This document shows, piece by piece, positions 45,201-56,559 of a stretch of DNA of 64,000 nt. Position 1 is the stretch's first letter; each line of letters starts with the position of its first letter. Source of the DNA: Gracilinanus agilis. Its lineage: Eukaryota. A program made the translations under genes and the position numbers. The notes under the pieces are model-generated. The model saw only the letters and a list, made by a program, of their open reading frames with translations, did not search any database and was not told where the DNA came from. The stretch lies in the NCBI RefSeq assembly GCF_016433145.1, contig NC_058131.1, positions 524,960,482-525,024,481 on the forward strand, read 5' to 3'.

Positions 45201-48200
45201 GTTCTCTTCTTTTTTTAAACCTTTACTTTCTGTTCTAATAACAACTCTACAACAGACAGGTAAGGGTTAGGCATTTGGGGATAAGTGACTTGCCCAGGCT
45301 CACACTGCTAGAAAGTGTTTCAAGGCCACTTTTGAGTCTAGGACTTCTTGTCTCCAGGCCCAATTCTCTATCCACTGAGCCATCTAGATGCCCCCCACTT
45401 GAAAGTTTTCAAAGCAATCTCCTCATAATAAGCCTATTAGTGCAAGTATTATCATTTTGCAGATAAGAAGAATGAGGTTAAGGGATTTTCTAAGTCTCAG
45501 TTTCCTTATTTGTAATGGAGTTGAACTAGAAAATGTCTAAGCTTTCAAGCCCTTCAGTTTATAATTTAGGAAACTGAAACCCAGAAATACAGTGACTTAC
45601 CTAATGCTACACATTAATAGCAAAGATGCTTGAACCAAAGGCTTCTGATACCAAATCTGGCTCTCCAATTCCCCCATCCCTGCCACTGCACCACACTATT
45701 CCCTGCTTCTCCACAGTGTGATCTTAGGCAAGTCAATAAATCTCTCTAGGCTTCAGTTTTCTTTTCTATCAAAATTAAAGTGGATGAAGTGACCTCAGTT
45801 CCCTTTTATCTTTAAAAATTGTCCATCAGTCAGGTATGAGGCAGCAGCTGGTGGCAGGGATTTGTGCTTTCCCCTTTCAGTGTGACAATAGAATTACAAA
45901 TGAGAAGAGGAGTAATAATAACATCTAACATTTTTATAGTATTTATGATGTGCTAGATGCTGTACTAAGGGCCTTATAGTTATTTCACTTGATCCTCACA
46001 ATAGCCCTGTGAGGTAGGTACTTTTATTATCCCTATTTTGCAGATGAGGAAACTAAGGCTGAGAGAATTTAAATGACTTGCCAAGATCACAGCTAGTAAG
46101 AGTACCAAGTTCAACATTCTATCCACTGTGCCACCTAGCTGCCTAAGGAAAGTGAGACAACACATTGACAAGAAGTTTAGTTTATATATATGATAGCTGT
46201 GTTTTATTTAAGTCATTTGGCAAACCCTTTTTATACCCTTCCCTTTGACCTTTATTCCTGCCTCTTTTGTATAGAGATAGTGAATACCACAGACATCAAA
46301 ATGTTGCCAGCAATGATGGCTCTGGAGGTGGGATCTTGGTTCATCTTGTTTGTCTTCATATTTGAAATCCTCCTTATGTGGCTATACAGTTTCTTCGATT
46401 TCTGGAAAAATGCCTGGAGTGTCTTTGACTTCTTTGTCACTGTAATGGTAAGATTAAAAGTGATATTCAGGGGCAGCTAAATGGTTCAGTGGATAGAGAA
46501 GCCAGGCCTGGAGATGGGAGGTCCTGGGTTTAAATGTGGCCTCAGACAGTTCCTAGCTATGTGACCCTGGACAAATGTCTAGACCTTGCCACTCTTGGAA
46601 CCAATACTTAGCACTCTTAGACAGAAGGTAAGGGTTTAAAAAAGGGGATGTGGGGATATTCAAGATATGAGCCTAGGAAAGGAAGAAGCAGCCTACAAGA
46701 ATCTAGAGTAGGAGATGGATTTAGGCAAGTTATCTGAGGTTAATAGTTGGGTCATACAAAGAAAAGAAACTTGGATACTTTGCTGCTTCCCTCAACTTTC
46801 CTACTTTTCTGAAAACTAGGAGCTGGGTAGGTCATGCCTAGAAATAGTGCTTAATGAAGGAGGAAACATCCCAGAAAGAGAACTTGGTAAACAATGTTCT
46901 AGAGATATCTCAGGGAACAATGGTTGTGGGGTAGGCATGGTGGAGGAGGAGAAAACAGAGTCTGAAAGGTAATATTTGGGGAAGAGTATCTAACAGCAGT
47001 ACTTTGCTCAAAACTTGTGTGGTGCCCACAGTCAACACTTCCTGAGGTGGTGGTGCTGATAGGGGTCTCAGGTGACTCAATGTGGCTGCAGTTGTTACGT
47101 ATCTTCAGGGTGTTACGGTCACTCAAACTCTTTGCACGATTCCGTCAAGTTCGCGTCATCATCCTGGCCCTTGTCAGGGCTCTTAAGGTAATAACTGCAA
47201 AAACCAAGGAAAAGGGGTAATGTGGGAAGTTGGAGCCAAATATGAAGGAGAGGAGGGGGTAGATGAATGGGCCAAATGGCCAATACCTTATTGGACAGAA
47301 GTGGGTTGGTGATTGGATTGCCATAATTTGGAAAGGAATAGGTCCATGACTGGAAATGAGGATCATATTGTCAGATGCCTGGGTGGGACTGAGTTGGGTT
47401 GTTGGGAGAGACTGGTCTGGCCTAATTCAACTATCCTTTGATCATGGCCTCTAGACTATGACCTTCGTCCTGGCGCTGTTGCTTATTTTCTTCTACATTT
47501 TTGCTTTGTGTGGCATCTACTTCTTTGAGGGTTATACCCGCTCAGACCGTCAGGACCTGACCTTCCAGATGTTCTTCACGTAGGCAGGACCAAGGGCAAA
47601 TCTGGGGGAGGTAAAGGGAACCTGGGGTGGAACTAGGGAGCAGAACTAAAAAAGAGGTGAAGTTTGAGACCACAGACATAAGAACTGGAGAATGTAGCAA
47701 GGTGGGGGTGGGAGGGGAGGGTTGGAGAATATAAATAATAAGTGATATTGGCTGTGATCTTGAGTACAGAAAGACCTCTCCATAGAGTTAGGGAACAATA
47801 TGCACTCTAGGTACAGTCTAGATTACACATCACATAGACTATACCAAGCATACTTCTTGACATCTTAAGTTATATTCATTTATCCCCTGTGAAAATGTTC
47901 AGATATTCTCTGATTGCTAATAGATGGTTCATTTAAATCTGAGGAAAGTTATCTTGTATGTATAAGGTACAAGGCTTACCGGAAAGTAGTCATAGCTCAG
48001 CCCAATAGTCTTGTAGTAAGGTCCCTAGTGATTACTTCTAAGTCATTATTGTTTAGTCACTTTTCAGTTGTGTCTGACTCTTTGTAACCCCATTTGGGAT
48101 TTTCTTGATAGAAATACTGGAGTAATTTGCCATTTCCTTTTCCAGCTCATTTTATAGACGAGGAAACTGAGAAAAACAGGTTAAGACTTGCCCAGGCCAG

Positions 48201-51200
48201 AGTCCACTTCACCACCTAGCTGCCCACTTCTAAGTAATAAATAAATTTTTAAATGAAATTGTAAATGCAAAGCAAAACACAACCTTTAAAATTATTATAC
48301 AGATTTCAGTTACTGTTATCATTAGATTCAAAGTCTCATTTTATTCAGCATTAATATTTTCAGGAAGTTGAAAGGAACTAAAAGAGAAATTAGATGGGGG
48401 AAGAATCACCTTTGTGTGAGACCTTTTGCAACAATTTAGTGATGGAGTTATTTATAAACATGGAATACACATTACTTATACATAGATACTTACATGTCTT
48501 TTCACAACTAAGATGAATAAAGATTTATTAAATTTGCAGGTGATATATTAGATGGAGTCCCCAGTGGAGAATTTGGCAAGTGAGAGGAATAAGATGAAGT
48601 TAAATAGGATAAGAGCTGGATTATTCACTTAGAGAAAAAAGTGTAGCTATACAAATACAAACTGAGGGATGATTAGGTAAGCAAATTAAAGAATGGTAGA
48701 GTTAGAAATGTTTCAAAGGTATGACTCTGGGGTCCTGGCTTTTGTTCTTGAGAAGTCTAGTTTCTTGTCTCTATTCCTTATTCTTTTTTTATTCCCCATA
48801 TCCTTTCTATAGGGATATGCCCAACTCTGTGGTGTCAGTGTTCATCCTCTTCACCCTGGATCACTGGTATGAACTGCTTCAGGATACTTGGAAGGTGACT
48901 GAAGTAAATAAAACATTCAGTAGTATATATGTTGTCCTCTGGCTGTTGCTTGGCGCCATCATCTTCCGCAACATCATAGTAGCTATGATGGGTAAGCAAG
49001 GGTTATAGGGCAGGGTTGGGGAGAGTACCTATATGGTCAGAGAAGCTTGGGGAAAGGGGTAACTTGGGAAGGAGGGTTAAAGGACCAGTGTTGAGTGATT
49101 GAGGGTAAAAAAGGAGCTGGATGTGGTAAGAAGGAACTGGGTCTGGATGGTATATTTCTTTTGGTCCTCCAGCCTCTCCCAGCTTTTCTTAGTCTGTTTC
49201 AGTATTCACCCAACCCAATTCCTTCATGGCCTTTTGTGGCAGTTACAAATTTCCAGGCAATCAGGAATGAGATCAACGAGCAGGCAACACATATGGAGGT
49301 GCAGCAGAAAGCAGACATGTTCAAGCGCCAAATCATCAAAAGGTCCACCACCCTCCCTCTCTGTTCTCAAAGCCAACTTTGGCCTCTCAAGGATCCCTTG
49401 ACCTCCCTCCCTCTCCCAACTTCTAATCAAGCCTCCTTTTTGCCTCTTCCTGATCTGTCTTCTGCCCAGCTCTCAATCCCCAGATTTGCCATTAAGAAGT
49501 ACCTATGCATCAAATCTTTCCCTGCCTTTCACCTTAGCATATTCTATTCCTTTCCGACCATTTTTACCCAATGTCCTCTCATATGGCCTGAATTCCATCC
49601 TTTATTCCCCTCTTTGTTTTTCAGCAGGTAGATTCCAGTGCAATTCCCTTCATTCTCTGTTCTCTTATCAACAGGAGACAGCAGCAGTCCTCAGAGGAGG
49701 ATTTAGACAACAAATATGTGGGGTAAGGAGTGTGCATTAATGAGTGAGAACAAAGATAAAGGGGGCTGGTAAAGAATGAGGAAGTAGACAGACAAAGCTG
49801 AGTGTCAGGGCAGGGGAAACAAAATTGGGGAATGCATAGTAGAAATGGAGGTTGGGGGTGGGAAATATAGGAAAAATGGGAAGTGATAGGGCTGTGGAGA
49901 TGGGAGCAGGACTTGGGGACATAGATGGGGATGGTAGATATGAGGATGGATGTGGGTTTGGAAGACAGACTAGGTGTGAGAGGCAAGGATAACTCTATAA
50001 AATATGGGCTGATAGTGACAGACTGAAATCCTAAGTGCTCAGGCCTTAATTCTGTGAAAACGTTGGACCTTACCCTATTTATGACCTAAAATCTCAGCTA
50101 CAGTGTCTAAAGATGAGTTCAAGAAGTAGGAGTATACCAGAAGTCATACTTTCTGGATATAGCTCAAGCAATAAAAGTCACCTTTTTCCATAGAAATAAC
50201 AAGGCTGACCCAGTTAAAACACAGACACAAGCGACATTACCAAAGTCTGTAGTTCAGATTCCTACACCTGTCCCAACAGAAGGAGAGACTCTACCTCAAA
50301 AAGCCTCAGGTGAGGTGAACTGCTTTCCATTCAGAACTAAACATTCTAGCATTTTCTTTCTGAGGTTTCTCTATTTGGATATTGACACTAAAGTGTTATA
50401 CCCTTTTATCTCTCACATTCCTCCTCCATTTTCCCCTTTAACACCTGTTGGTCATCTCCCCTTATACTTAATTCTATCCCGTACTCCAGATGTGTTTCTC
50501 AAAAACAGCTCTTCCCTACAGTGAACCTTGAGAATACAGGGCAGGTAGACTGGGAGACCCATGTGCACCAGAATCTCCCTGGATTGATGGATACAGACCA
50601 TGGCGAGGAGGTGGTTTGGCCCCGAGATTCACTCTTTCGATACTTTGAATTACTAGAAAAGCTTCAACACAACATAGAAGAACGCAAACAGCTACAAGAA
50701 TTTGCAGGTAAGAAGCATCTGGGGTCCAGTAACAATTACTTAACCAAGAGGTACTTAAACCATTGGTTTGAGGGACCTCTGTTCCCTCATAAATTTTAAG
50801 TTCAAAGCAGTTGAATGCTACACAGAAGTCAATACAAAGACTTAAATACAGAAATTAATTCAGCTCAGTTAGTAGTTTGCAAAATGGCTTCTCTCTTCTG
50901 GCCACTCAGCTTTTCAGATCCCATCCCAGCAATCAAGAAGCAAAATTCCAGATCAAGGTTAGGACTACAGCAGGATTAGGGAAGGAGAATAAGGGGATTT
51001 GAGAGCGTAACACTAAAATAGTTGAGTCCAGATGGGAGAACTTCAGAAAGTACCCGTAATGGAACCCAGTAGAGACTTGGGACCATGCCCTGAGCTCTAA
51101 AGTAAGAGAGCTAAGGCCACCCAGTTAGTGTCCTATACAATCCGAAGGAGAATAAGGGAACCTGAAGAAGTTGTGGGACTACAGGAGTAGATTGCATAGC

Positions 51201-51643
51201 CAGGAGAATGCATACAAGCACTGGACACACTAGGTATAAGGGAAACAAGAAGTCAACAGTGAGTGGCTGCCAAACTTTGATTACTTCAAAATTTTGCCTC
51301 TACTCTTTTGCAACTCCTCCATCTCTTTTATCTTGCTTTGAGGATCCTAGTTTGTTTAGTGAAAAGAAGAGGGTAGTAAACTTGCCTCTCTAGTTCCTGG
51401 CATTAACTTGAAGTAGACATCAAAAGACAGATCCAAGATTAGCTTCCATTGTACATGATAAACCCAAGCAAAAATGTGGAGCCACACACATAAAAAATTA
51501 AATTCAACTTGATGTGGGGACCCTAAACCCAACAAATGCAGTCCTCATTCAGGGTTTATGTTCTTCAGGATAACTAGAGAACCCCAATCTCACAGCCTAT
51601 TCTTTTCACAGTTAAAGCATTGATAAACCTGGAGGACCACTGA
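36217..51643 (+). CDS. CATSPER2: Cation channel sperm-associated protein 2, about 503 aa
   Basis: Exons: 36217-36222 (ATG AAG, inferred), 37475-37625, 38573-38743, 38982-39050, 46275-46447, 47032-47187, 47455-47579, 48813-48991, 49243-49342, 49675-49722, 50194-50309, 50522-50707, 51612-51643 (1512 nt, phases consistent). Motifs RADAVRSRLIDTFSLIEHLQG, S4 LRIFRVLRSLKLFARFR, pore TLDHW, C-terminal WPRDSLFRYFELLEKLQ...KALINLEDH*. The first exon and 50194-50309 are less certain. Confidence 0.93.
36344..37452 (-). mobile_element. 5'-truncated L1 (ORF2 C-terminus + 3' UTR) with probable 3' transduction
   Basis: Minus-strand L1 ORF2 remnant (KCWRGCGKIGT...WRAIWNYAQRALK). 14-bp TSD TAATGCCTTCTTTT at 36330-36343 and 37453-37466. 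Confidence 0.9.
38744..38981 (+). other. U12-type (minor spliceosome) GT-AG intron of CATSPER2
   Basis: 5' splice site GTATCCTTTT; branch site TTCCTCAAT 38964-38972 about 10 nt before the AG; no polypyrimidine tract between them. Confidence 0.88.
39270..39575 (-). mobile_element. L3/CR1 remnant
   Basis: Degenerate CR1-like sequence (AGCACCCTGGACTGTAATTTATCCAGGCCTGATGATTTG). Boundaries approximate. Confidence 0.5.
39640..39815 (+). mobile_element. Opossum CORE SINE
   Basis: GGGTTCAAATCTGGCCTCAGACAC...GTGACCCTAGG core. Confidence 0.8.
40001..40195 (+). mobile_element. Opossum CORE SINE
   Basis: Head AGGCAGCT...CAGTGGATTG, core GGACAAGTCACTTAACCC, (TAAA)n tail. Confidence 0.8.
40210..40925 (-). 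mobile_element. L2 LINE ORF2 remnant
   Basis: Purine-rich degenerate L2 (TTTGGACATGTCAAATTTGAATTGGTGATGGGACAT). Confidence 0.65.
40960..41690 (-). mobile_element. Probable old L1 5' UTR fragment
   Basis: Resembles marsupial L1 5' regions (GGGCTGAAAAATT...GTGGGTTATGTGGCTCCAGAAT...GAGGCATTAT); from recall only. Confidence 0.4.
42345..42480 (-). mobile_element. SINE1_Mdo-type SINE
   Basis: Core AAGTGACTTCCCAGGGTCACACAGCTAGG...GCTACCCAGCTGCCCC. Confidence 0.85.
43665..43856 (-). mobile_element. Opossum CORE SINE
   Basis: TTACCTTCCATCTTAAAATC...CTAGCTGCCCC. Confidence 0.85.
44430..44775 (+). mobile_element. L2 LINE 3' end
   Basis: GATTGTGAGCTTGAGGGCAGGG...AGCACAGTGCCTGGCA...CTTAATAAA. Confidence 0.7.
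45210..45395 (-). mobile_element. Opossum CORE SINE
   Basis: AAGTGACTTGCCCAGG core; ends CTAGATGCCCCC. Confidence 0.8.
46470..46645 (+). mobile_element. Opossum CORE SINE, 22 nt after a CATSPER2 donor site
   Basis: GGGGCAGCTAAATGGTTCAGTGGATAGAG head. Confidence 0.85.
48052..48230 (-). mobile_element. MAR1-type marsupial SINE (RTE-like tail + CORE)
   Basis: TTGTTTAGTCACTTTTCAGTTGTGTCTGACTCTTTGTAACCCCATTTGGG...GAGGAAACTGAG. Confidence 0.7.
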
Positions 51644-51739
51644 AGGACAACTACTGATAGCTGCAGCAGTATCTTAAACCAAGAGAAAGATGGAGAAAGG
51701 ATTAGTTGGAAGTGGAGGGTGCCAGACAAAAGATGTTTG

Positions 51740-51745
51740 AATAAA
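51740..51745 (+). terminator. Candidate CATSPER2 polyadenylation signal
   Basis: AATAAA 97 nt after the stop codon. Confidence 0.65.
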
Positions 51746-52816
51746 TGTATCTAGAAGTTCTTTCCCTGCCTCTCTATGTCTCAGAGGGCTACCAAAAGGC
51801 ACACTCAACTGAAGAAGTCAGCATAGACACCCCTGGAGTCAACTGCCTTAGTGTCCCTAATCCTAGTCCCAACTAAATCCTACCTTTCCCTTCTCTATCA
51901 TCTTTATCCTACTGGAACCCACTTCCCAAATTCCTGTCCCTACCAAAATAGGGGAACCCTTTGCCATGGCTCTCCCCATTGTCTTAAGGGAATAGATCTT
52001 AATTGGGGAGATTGTGCCTGTTGTTACTAGTAACTTATTGATGGCTGGCGAAGAAATATGAGACATTGCTCTTAACTTGTCCTCTATGAACCTAATTTGT
52101 CCTTAAACTGCTAGCCTTATTCTAAAACTACATGTAGCGCAAAGGGCCCTCTAATGTTGACTACTATTGGTTCCAGAGTACTCAAGGAGAGGATTTTCTG
52201 TTTTAGTCTACAGTTCATAGGCCCCTATTTCTGCTGTCACAATTAATCATGTAATATCATAGTAAGGCAAAGGGCTTTTACTTAAAAGTAGAATGCATAG
52301 TAAATAACAAATAATTAAGCAACAACACTTTTACCACTCATTTCCCAGGGCCACCCCTCTCCTTGTGAATCATCTGGAAAGGATCATTGTCTCAGTTTTT
52401 GATAAGCCATTCTGGGTTTAATCTGTTACCTCTGCAACACACCAGGATCTGCATATATCAATTCATTCACAGCAAGATGAGTGTAGCATCAGAAACAGCA
52501 ACATTGGTATGCTGGGTTTCTCATAGAGTACTGTAGGCCAAGGACACTCATAATAGAACCAAGTGACAGCAAAAGGGATGCAGTCTTAGCTGTGTGACCC
52601 TGGGTAAGTCATTTAACTCCCATTATCAAGACCTTACTGCTCTTCTGCCTTGGAACCAACATACAGTATTGATTCTGAGACAGAAGGTAAGGGTTAAGAG
52701 AGAGAGAGATGCAGAACATTGTATGGAATGTTATTGCTTCTCTATACAGAAACCTTGGAACTGAATATCAGGTACAAGGCTCAGTCATTTTCCCTTCCCA
52801 ATCTCAATCTTTGGCT

Positions 52817-52956
52817 CTTTTTTAAAAAGTTTATTTATTTAATTAATTAATTTAGAATATTTTTCCAGGGTTACATGATTCATATTCTTTCTCTTCCCTC
52901 CTCCCAACCCCCTCCCATAGCCAAGGAGCAATTCCACTGGGTTTTACATGTGTCAT
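52817..52956 (-). mobile_element. Short 5'-truncated L1 3' end
   Basis: L1 3' UTR terminus; TSD AATCTTTGGCT at 52806-52816 and 52957-52967. Confidence 0.85.
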
Positions 52957-53285
52957 AATCTTTGGCTTGTTTGCCCCAGTCTCCTAGCTCATTTCTTGTT
53001 TCTCTTCAAATTCTTGTGGCCTTCTAAAGCAAGAGAACTAAAAGCTGCTAAGCTCTCCATAGGCTTCTGGGATATGTAATTTCTGAGTGAAAATTGCTAA
53101 TTCTCTGTCTAGTGCATCACATTCATGTAGCCCTAATTTGTAATTACTACTGATCCAGAAGAACATTTTGCACTGTTTTTTGCCTTTCTATCTACTTTTA
53201 GATAGTGGTCCAGAGCCTATCAAAGGATTCAGTTTAGAAAATCTATTCAACAAATATGTGAAAGAATTGAAGAAAAACCTTGAAG

Positions 53286-53470
53286 GGACAGCTAGGTGTT
53301 TCAATGATAAAGCTCCTGGTCTGGGGATGGGAGATCTTAGATTCAAATTTGATCTCAGACACTTCCTAGGTGGATGACCCTGGGCAAATGACTTAACCTC
53401 AGTTGCCTAGGCCTTACCTCTCTTCTACTTTGAACTGATATTTAGTATTGATTCTAAGAAAAAGGGAAGG
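53286..53470 (+). mobile_element. Opossum CORE SINE
   Basis: GGGACAGCTAGG head, GACCCTGGGCAAATGACTTAACC core. Confidence 0.8.
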
Positions 53471-53950
53471 GAAAAAAGGAAGGAAGGAATGAAGCAAGGG
53501 AAGGAAAGAAAACCTCATTTACTTCAACCTCCTACCCAATGTAGAAATTCAGACAGATGGTCACACAGTTGAATACCTCTTGTAAATCAGCTCATGAAAT
53601 CACCCACTCTATTTTTGGGCAAGTTGAGTTGTTAGAAATTTTTGTTTGATTTTTGTTAGATGCTTGGGTAAAAGGAGGAAGAAGAAAATTTAAGGGAGTT
53701 AGATGCACAAAAGGAGGTACCTGTCCTTTAAAGGAGGAAGTGTCTTGTTGGGGAAACAAGATATACAACTAGGAACAACTAAATAATGAAAGATCATATA
53801 TTTGTCGTAACACACTGTGGGAGCAGCTAAGCTGGGTGGCACAGTGAACAGAGAGCCAGGCCTGGAGATGGGAGGTCTTAGGTTCAAATGTGACCTCAGA
53901 TACTTCCTAGCTGTATGACCCTGGGGGAAGTCGACTCCAATTGCCTAGAC

Positions 53951-55074
53951 CAGTGATGGTCTGCTGGCAGGCCAGATGCAGCCCCCTGAAATGTTCTATC
54001 CAGCCGCAGGACGAATACAATGAGTAGGATACAATACAATGAAACTTCGAAACAGTTGCCTTAGAAACAGACTGACAGATGAGCATTTCCTTTCCTTTGG
54101 ACCCCTCTTTAAAAAGTTTGCCTATCCAATTTTCAGATAAAGAAATCAAAACTATCAATAAGCACATGAGAAAGTGTTCTAAATCTCTAGTAATTGGAGA
54201 AATGCAAATCAAAACATTTCTGAGGTATCACCTCACACTTAGCAGATTGGCTAAAATGACAAAGAGAGAGTAATGAATGTTGGAGGGGATGTGGCAAAAT
54301 TGGGACATTAATGCATTGCTGGTGGAGTTGTGAATTGATCCAACCATTCTGGATGGCAATTTGGAATCATGCTCAAAGGGCTTTAAAAGACTATCTGCCT
54401 TTTGATCCAGCCATAGCACTGCTTGGATTATACCCCAAAGAGATCATAAGGAAAAAGACTTGTACAAAAATATTTATAGCCACGCTCTTTGTGGTGGCAA
54501 AAAATTGGAAAATGAGAGAATGTTCTTCGATTGGGGAATGGCTGAACAAATTGTGGTATCTGTTGGTGATGGAATATTGTGCTCAAAGGAATAATGAACT
54601 GGAGGAATTCCATGTGAACTGGAATGACCTCCAGGAATTGATGCAGAGTGAAAGGAGCAGATCCAGGAGAACCTTGTACATCGAGACTGATACACTGTGG
54701 TACAATATAACATAATGGACTTCTCTACTAGCAACAATGCAAGGATCCAGAGCAAGACTGAGGGACTTATGAGAAAGAAAACTAGCCACATTCAGAGGAA
54801 GAATTGTGGGAAGAGAAATACAGAAGAAAAACAACTGCTTGAACACATGGGCTGATGGGGATATTATTAGGGATGTAGATACTAAACAATAACTCTAGTC
54901 CAACTATCAATAATATGGAATTAGATCTTGATCAATGATACATGTAAAACCCAGTGGAATTGTGTGTCAACTAAGGGGGGTTAGGGAGGTTTGGGGGGAG
55001 AGGGAAAGAACATGAAATATGTAACTATGGGAAAATATTCAAAATAAAAATTAAAAAAAGTTTGCCTATCACTG
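53951..55074. mobile_element. hAT/Charlie MITE, interrupted by an L1
   Basis: Ends CAGTGATGG... and AAGTTTGCCTATCACTG; 8-bp TSD GCCTAGAC 53943-53950 / GTCTAGAC 55075-55082. Confidence 0.85.
54127..55054 (+). mobile_element. 5'-truncated L1 inserted into the hAT right TIR
   Basis: L1 ORF2 C-terminus (HCWWSCELIQPFW...) + 3' UTR; 16-bp TSD AAAAAGTTTGCCTATC at 54111-54126 and 55055-55070, preceded by TTT (TT/AAAA endonuclease site). Confidence 0.93.
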
Positions 55075-55560
55075 GTCTAGACCTTGCTCTTCTGCCTTGG
55101 AACCAATACTTAGTACCAATTCTTAAGATCTTAAAAAAAAACAACATTCTGGTAATCAACTTTAAACCTATTTATTTTATGTGTATATATAGTATATGTA
55201 CATATAATAAGTAAATGTATGTATAGGTATCTGTATATCTCATGGGCAATAGAAATATCTGGGAGGAGGGAGAGAATTACTAGATACTGCCCAAGCTAAA
55301 GTCTAAAACAGTGGAGGTTCCCAAGCTAAATATTGATAAACCCAACTTGACAGGAGGTCAGGGGCCCTCAAAGTCAAAGTTTACAAAGAGTAAGTTTGAT
55401 CTTGGATCTTCCCTAAAACATCACTAAGTCTTTGGCACATTATGCTTCACTCAAAGTTTAAGAAAATCTCAGAACATGCCTTATTATACGTATAGGCCTC
55501 CACAAGTGGGGACAAAAGGAGTCTCCAGCTCCTGCAAAAGCACTCAAGCAAACAAATGCA

Positions 55561-56217
55561 TGTATTGGGTTCAATACAGACTTTATTTCATCCTGCAGAA
55601 AGTGCAGAAGGTAGACTGGCACTCATAAAAAGTACAAAAAAAGACAGAAAGGATGCATAACTCATAAATAAAATTCACTTATCTCAGTTTTCCACAGAGT
55701 TCTGAAGTTCTTTAGACTCATCTATGGTTTGGGCTCCCCTCAGAAGGAAATTGAACTTTGGGTTGCAAGGCAGGTAGTAGCAGGCAATACTTTGATGTTT
55801 TGGTGAGCCTCTTTATAACCACACAGAGATTCATACATGCACCCAGACTTATGGTACCAATATAAAAGCTTGCACTCTCCTAAAAGAAAATTCAAATGCC
55901 AGGCAGGAAACTTCCACACTGCCAAATAACTGTGGAAATGGTCTAAAATCTAGTTTCCTTCAGCACTGAGGGCTTTCTTTCAGAGACGGTATGGGAAGGA
56001 AATTCTCTCAAAAGAAGATTAGATCAATTGGGAAAACTCAAAAGCCAATCTCTGAGGTTGGTATTGCCTGAGAAACACTTTTATGACAAAAAGGCTGGGA
56101 CCAGGCTGCCCAGGATACCCTCCTGCTAGAAATAGAATTCTGGGATTCTCTAATATACTGGTCCTGCTAAGAGAAGAAACACTCAAGAGCTCCAAGAGAA
56201 AGCTGGAATTTAGGACA
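55561..56217 (-). mobile_element. Probable solo LTR (657 bp)
   Basis: TG...CA termini; 6-bp TSD AATGCA 55555-55560 / AATGTA 56218-56223; minus-strand TATAAA near 55815 and AATAAA at 55582-55587. Confidence 0.55.
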
Positions 56218-56223
56218 AATGTA

Positions 56224-56515
56224 ATGCTTGTGTGATCCTGAGCAAGTTACTTGACTTCTCAGTCTCAGTTTCCTCATCTACAAAATGGGGGTAATAACAC
56301 CTACCTCATAGAATTATTGGGAAGATCAAATAACATGTATTTTTTTTGCAAATCTTAAAAGTGCTACTTTTTGTTATTATTATATTATTATAATAAAAAG
56401 TGTTATTATTTGATATGCCAGGCATTGTGCTGAGTCTGGGGATACAAACACAAGCAAGTGAGATTTTTCCTACCCTCAAAGAGCTAACAAAGGAAGACAC
56501 AAAAGGTAGGTAAAT
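56224..56515 (-). repeat. Inverted duplicate, copy 1 (L2 tail + MIR chimera)
   Basis: Reverse complement matches 58832-59100, including 50-nt and 40-nt identical runs. Confidence 0.9.
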
Positions 56516-56559
56516 TATTATTATTACATTATATAAATTGACCATGTACCTTCTCTAAA

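Larger units (their letters stand above)
53819..55140 (+). mobile_element. CORE SINE split by a nested hAT MITE and L1
   Basis: SINE 5' half 53819-53950; 3' half resumes at 55083 (CTTGCTCTTCTGCCTTGGAACCAATACTTAG...). Confidence 0.85.

Noticed and set aside
49625-49627. Apparent 3-nt microexon TCAG|CAG|GTAGAT in CATSPER2
   Set aside because: The downstream intron would be only 47 nt, and using these AGs as extended acceptors hits an in-frame TAG.
55740-55925. Cys-containing minus-strand ORF with an acceptor near 55879 and a downstream AATAAA, like a small secreted-peptide last exon
   Set aside because: Lies inside the probable solo LTR, which explains the AATAAA; the Cys spacing does not fit beta-defensin; no upstream exon found.
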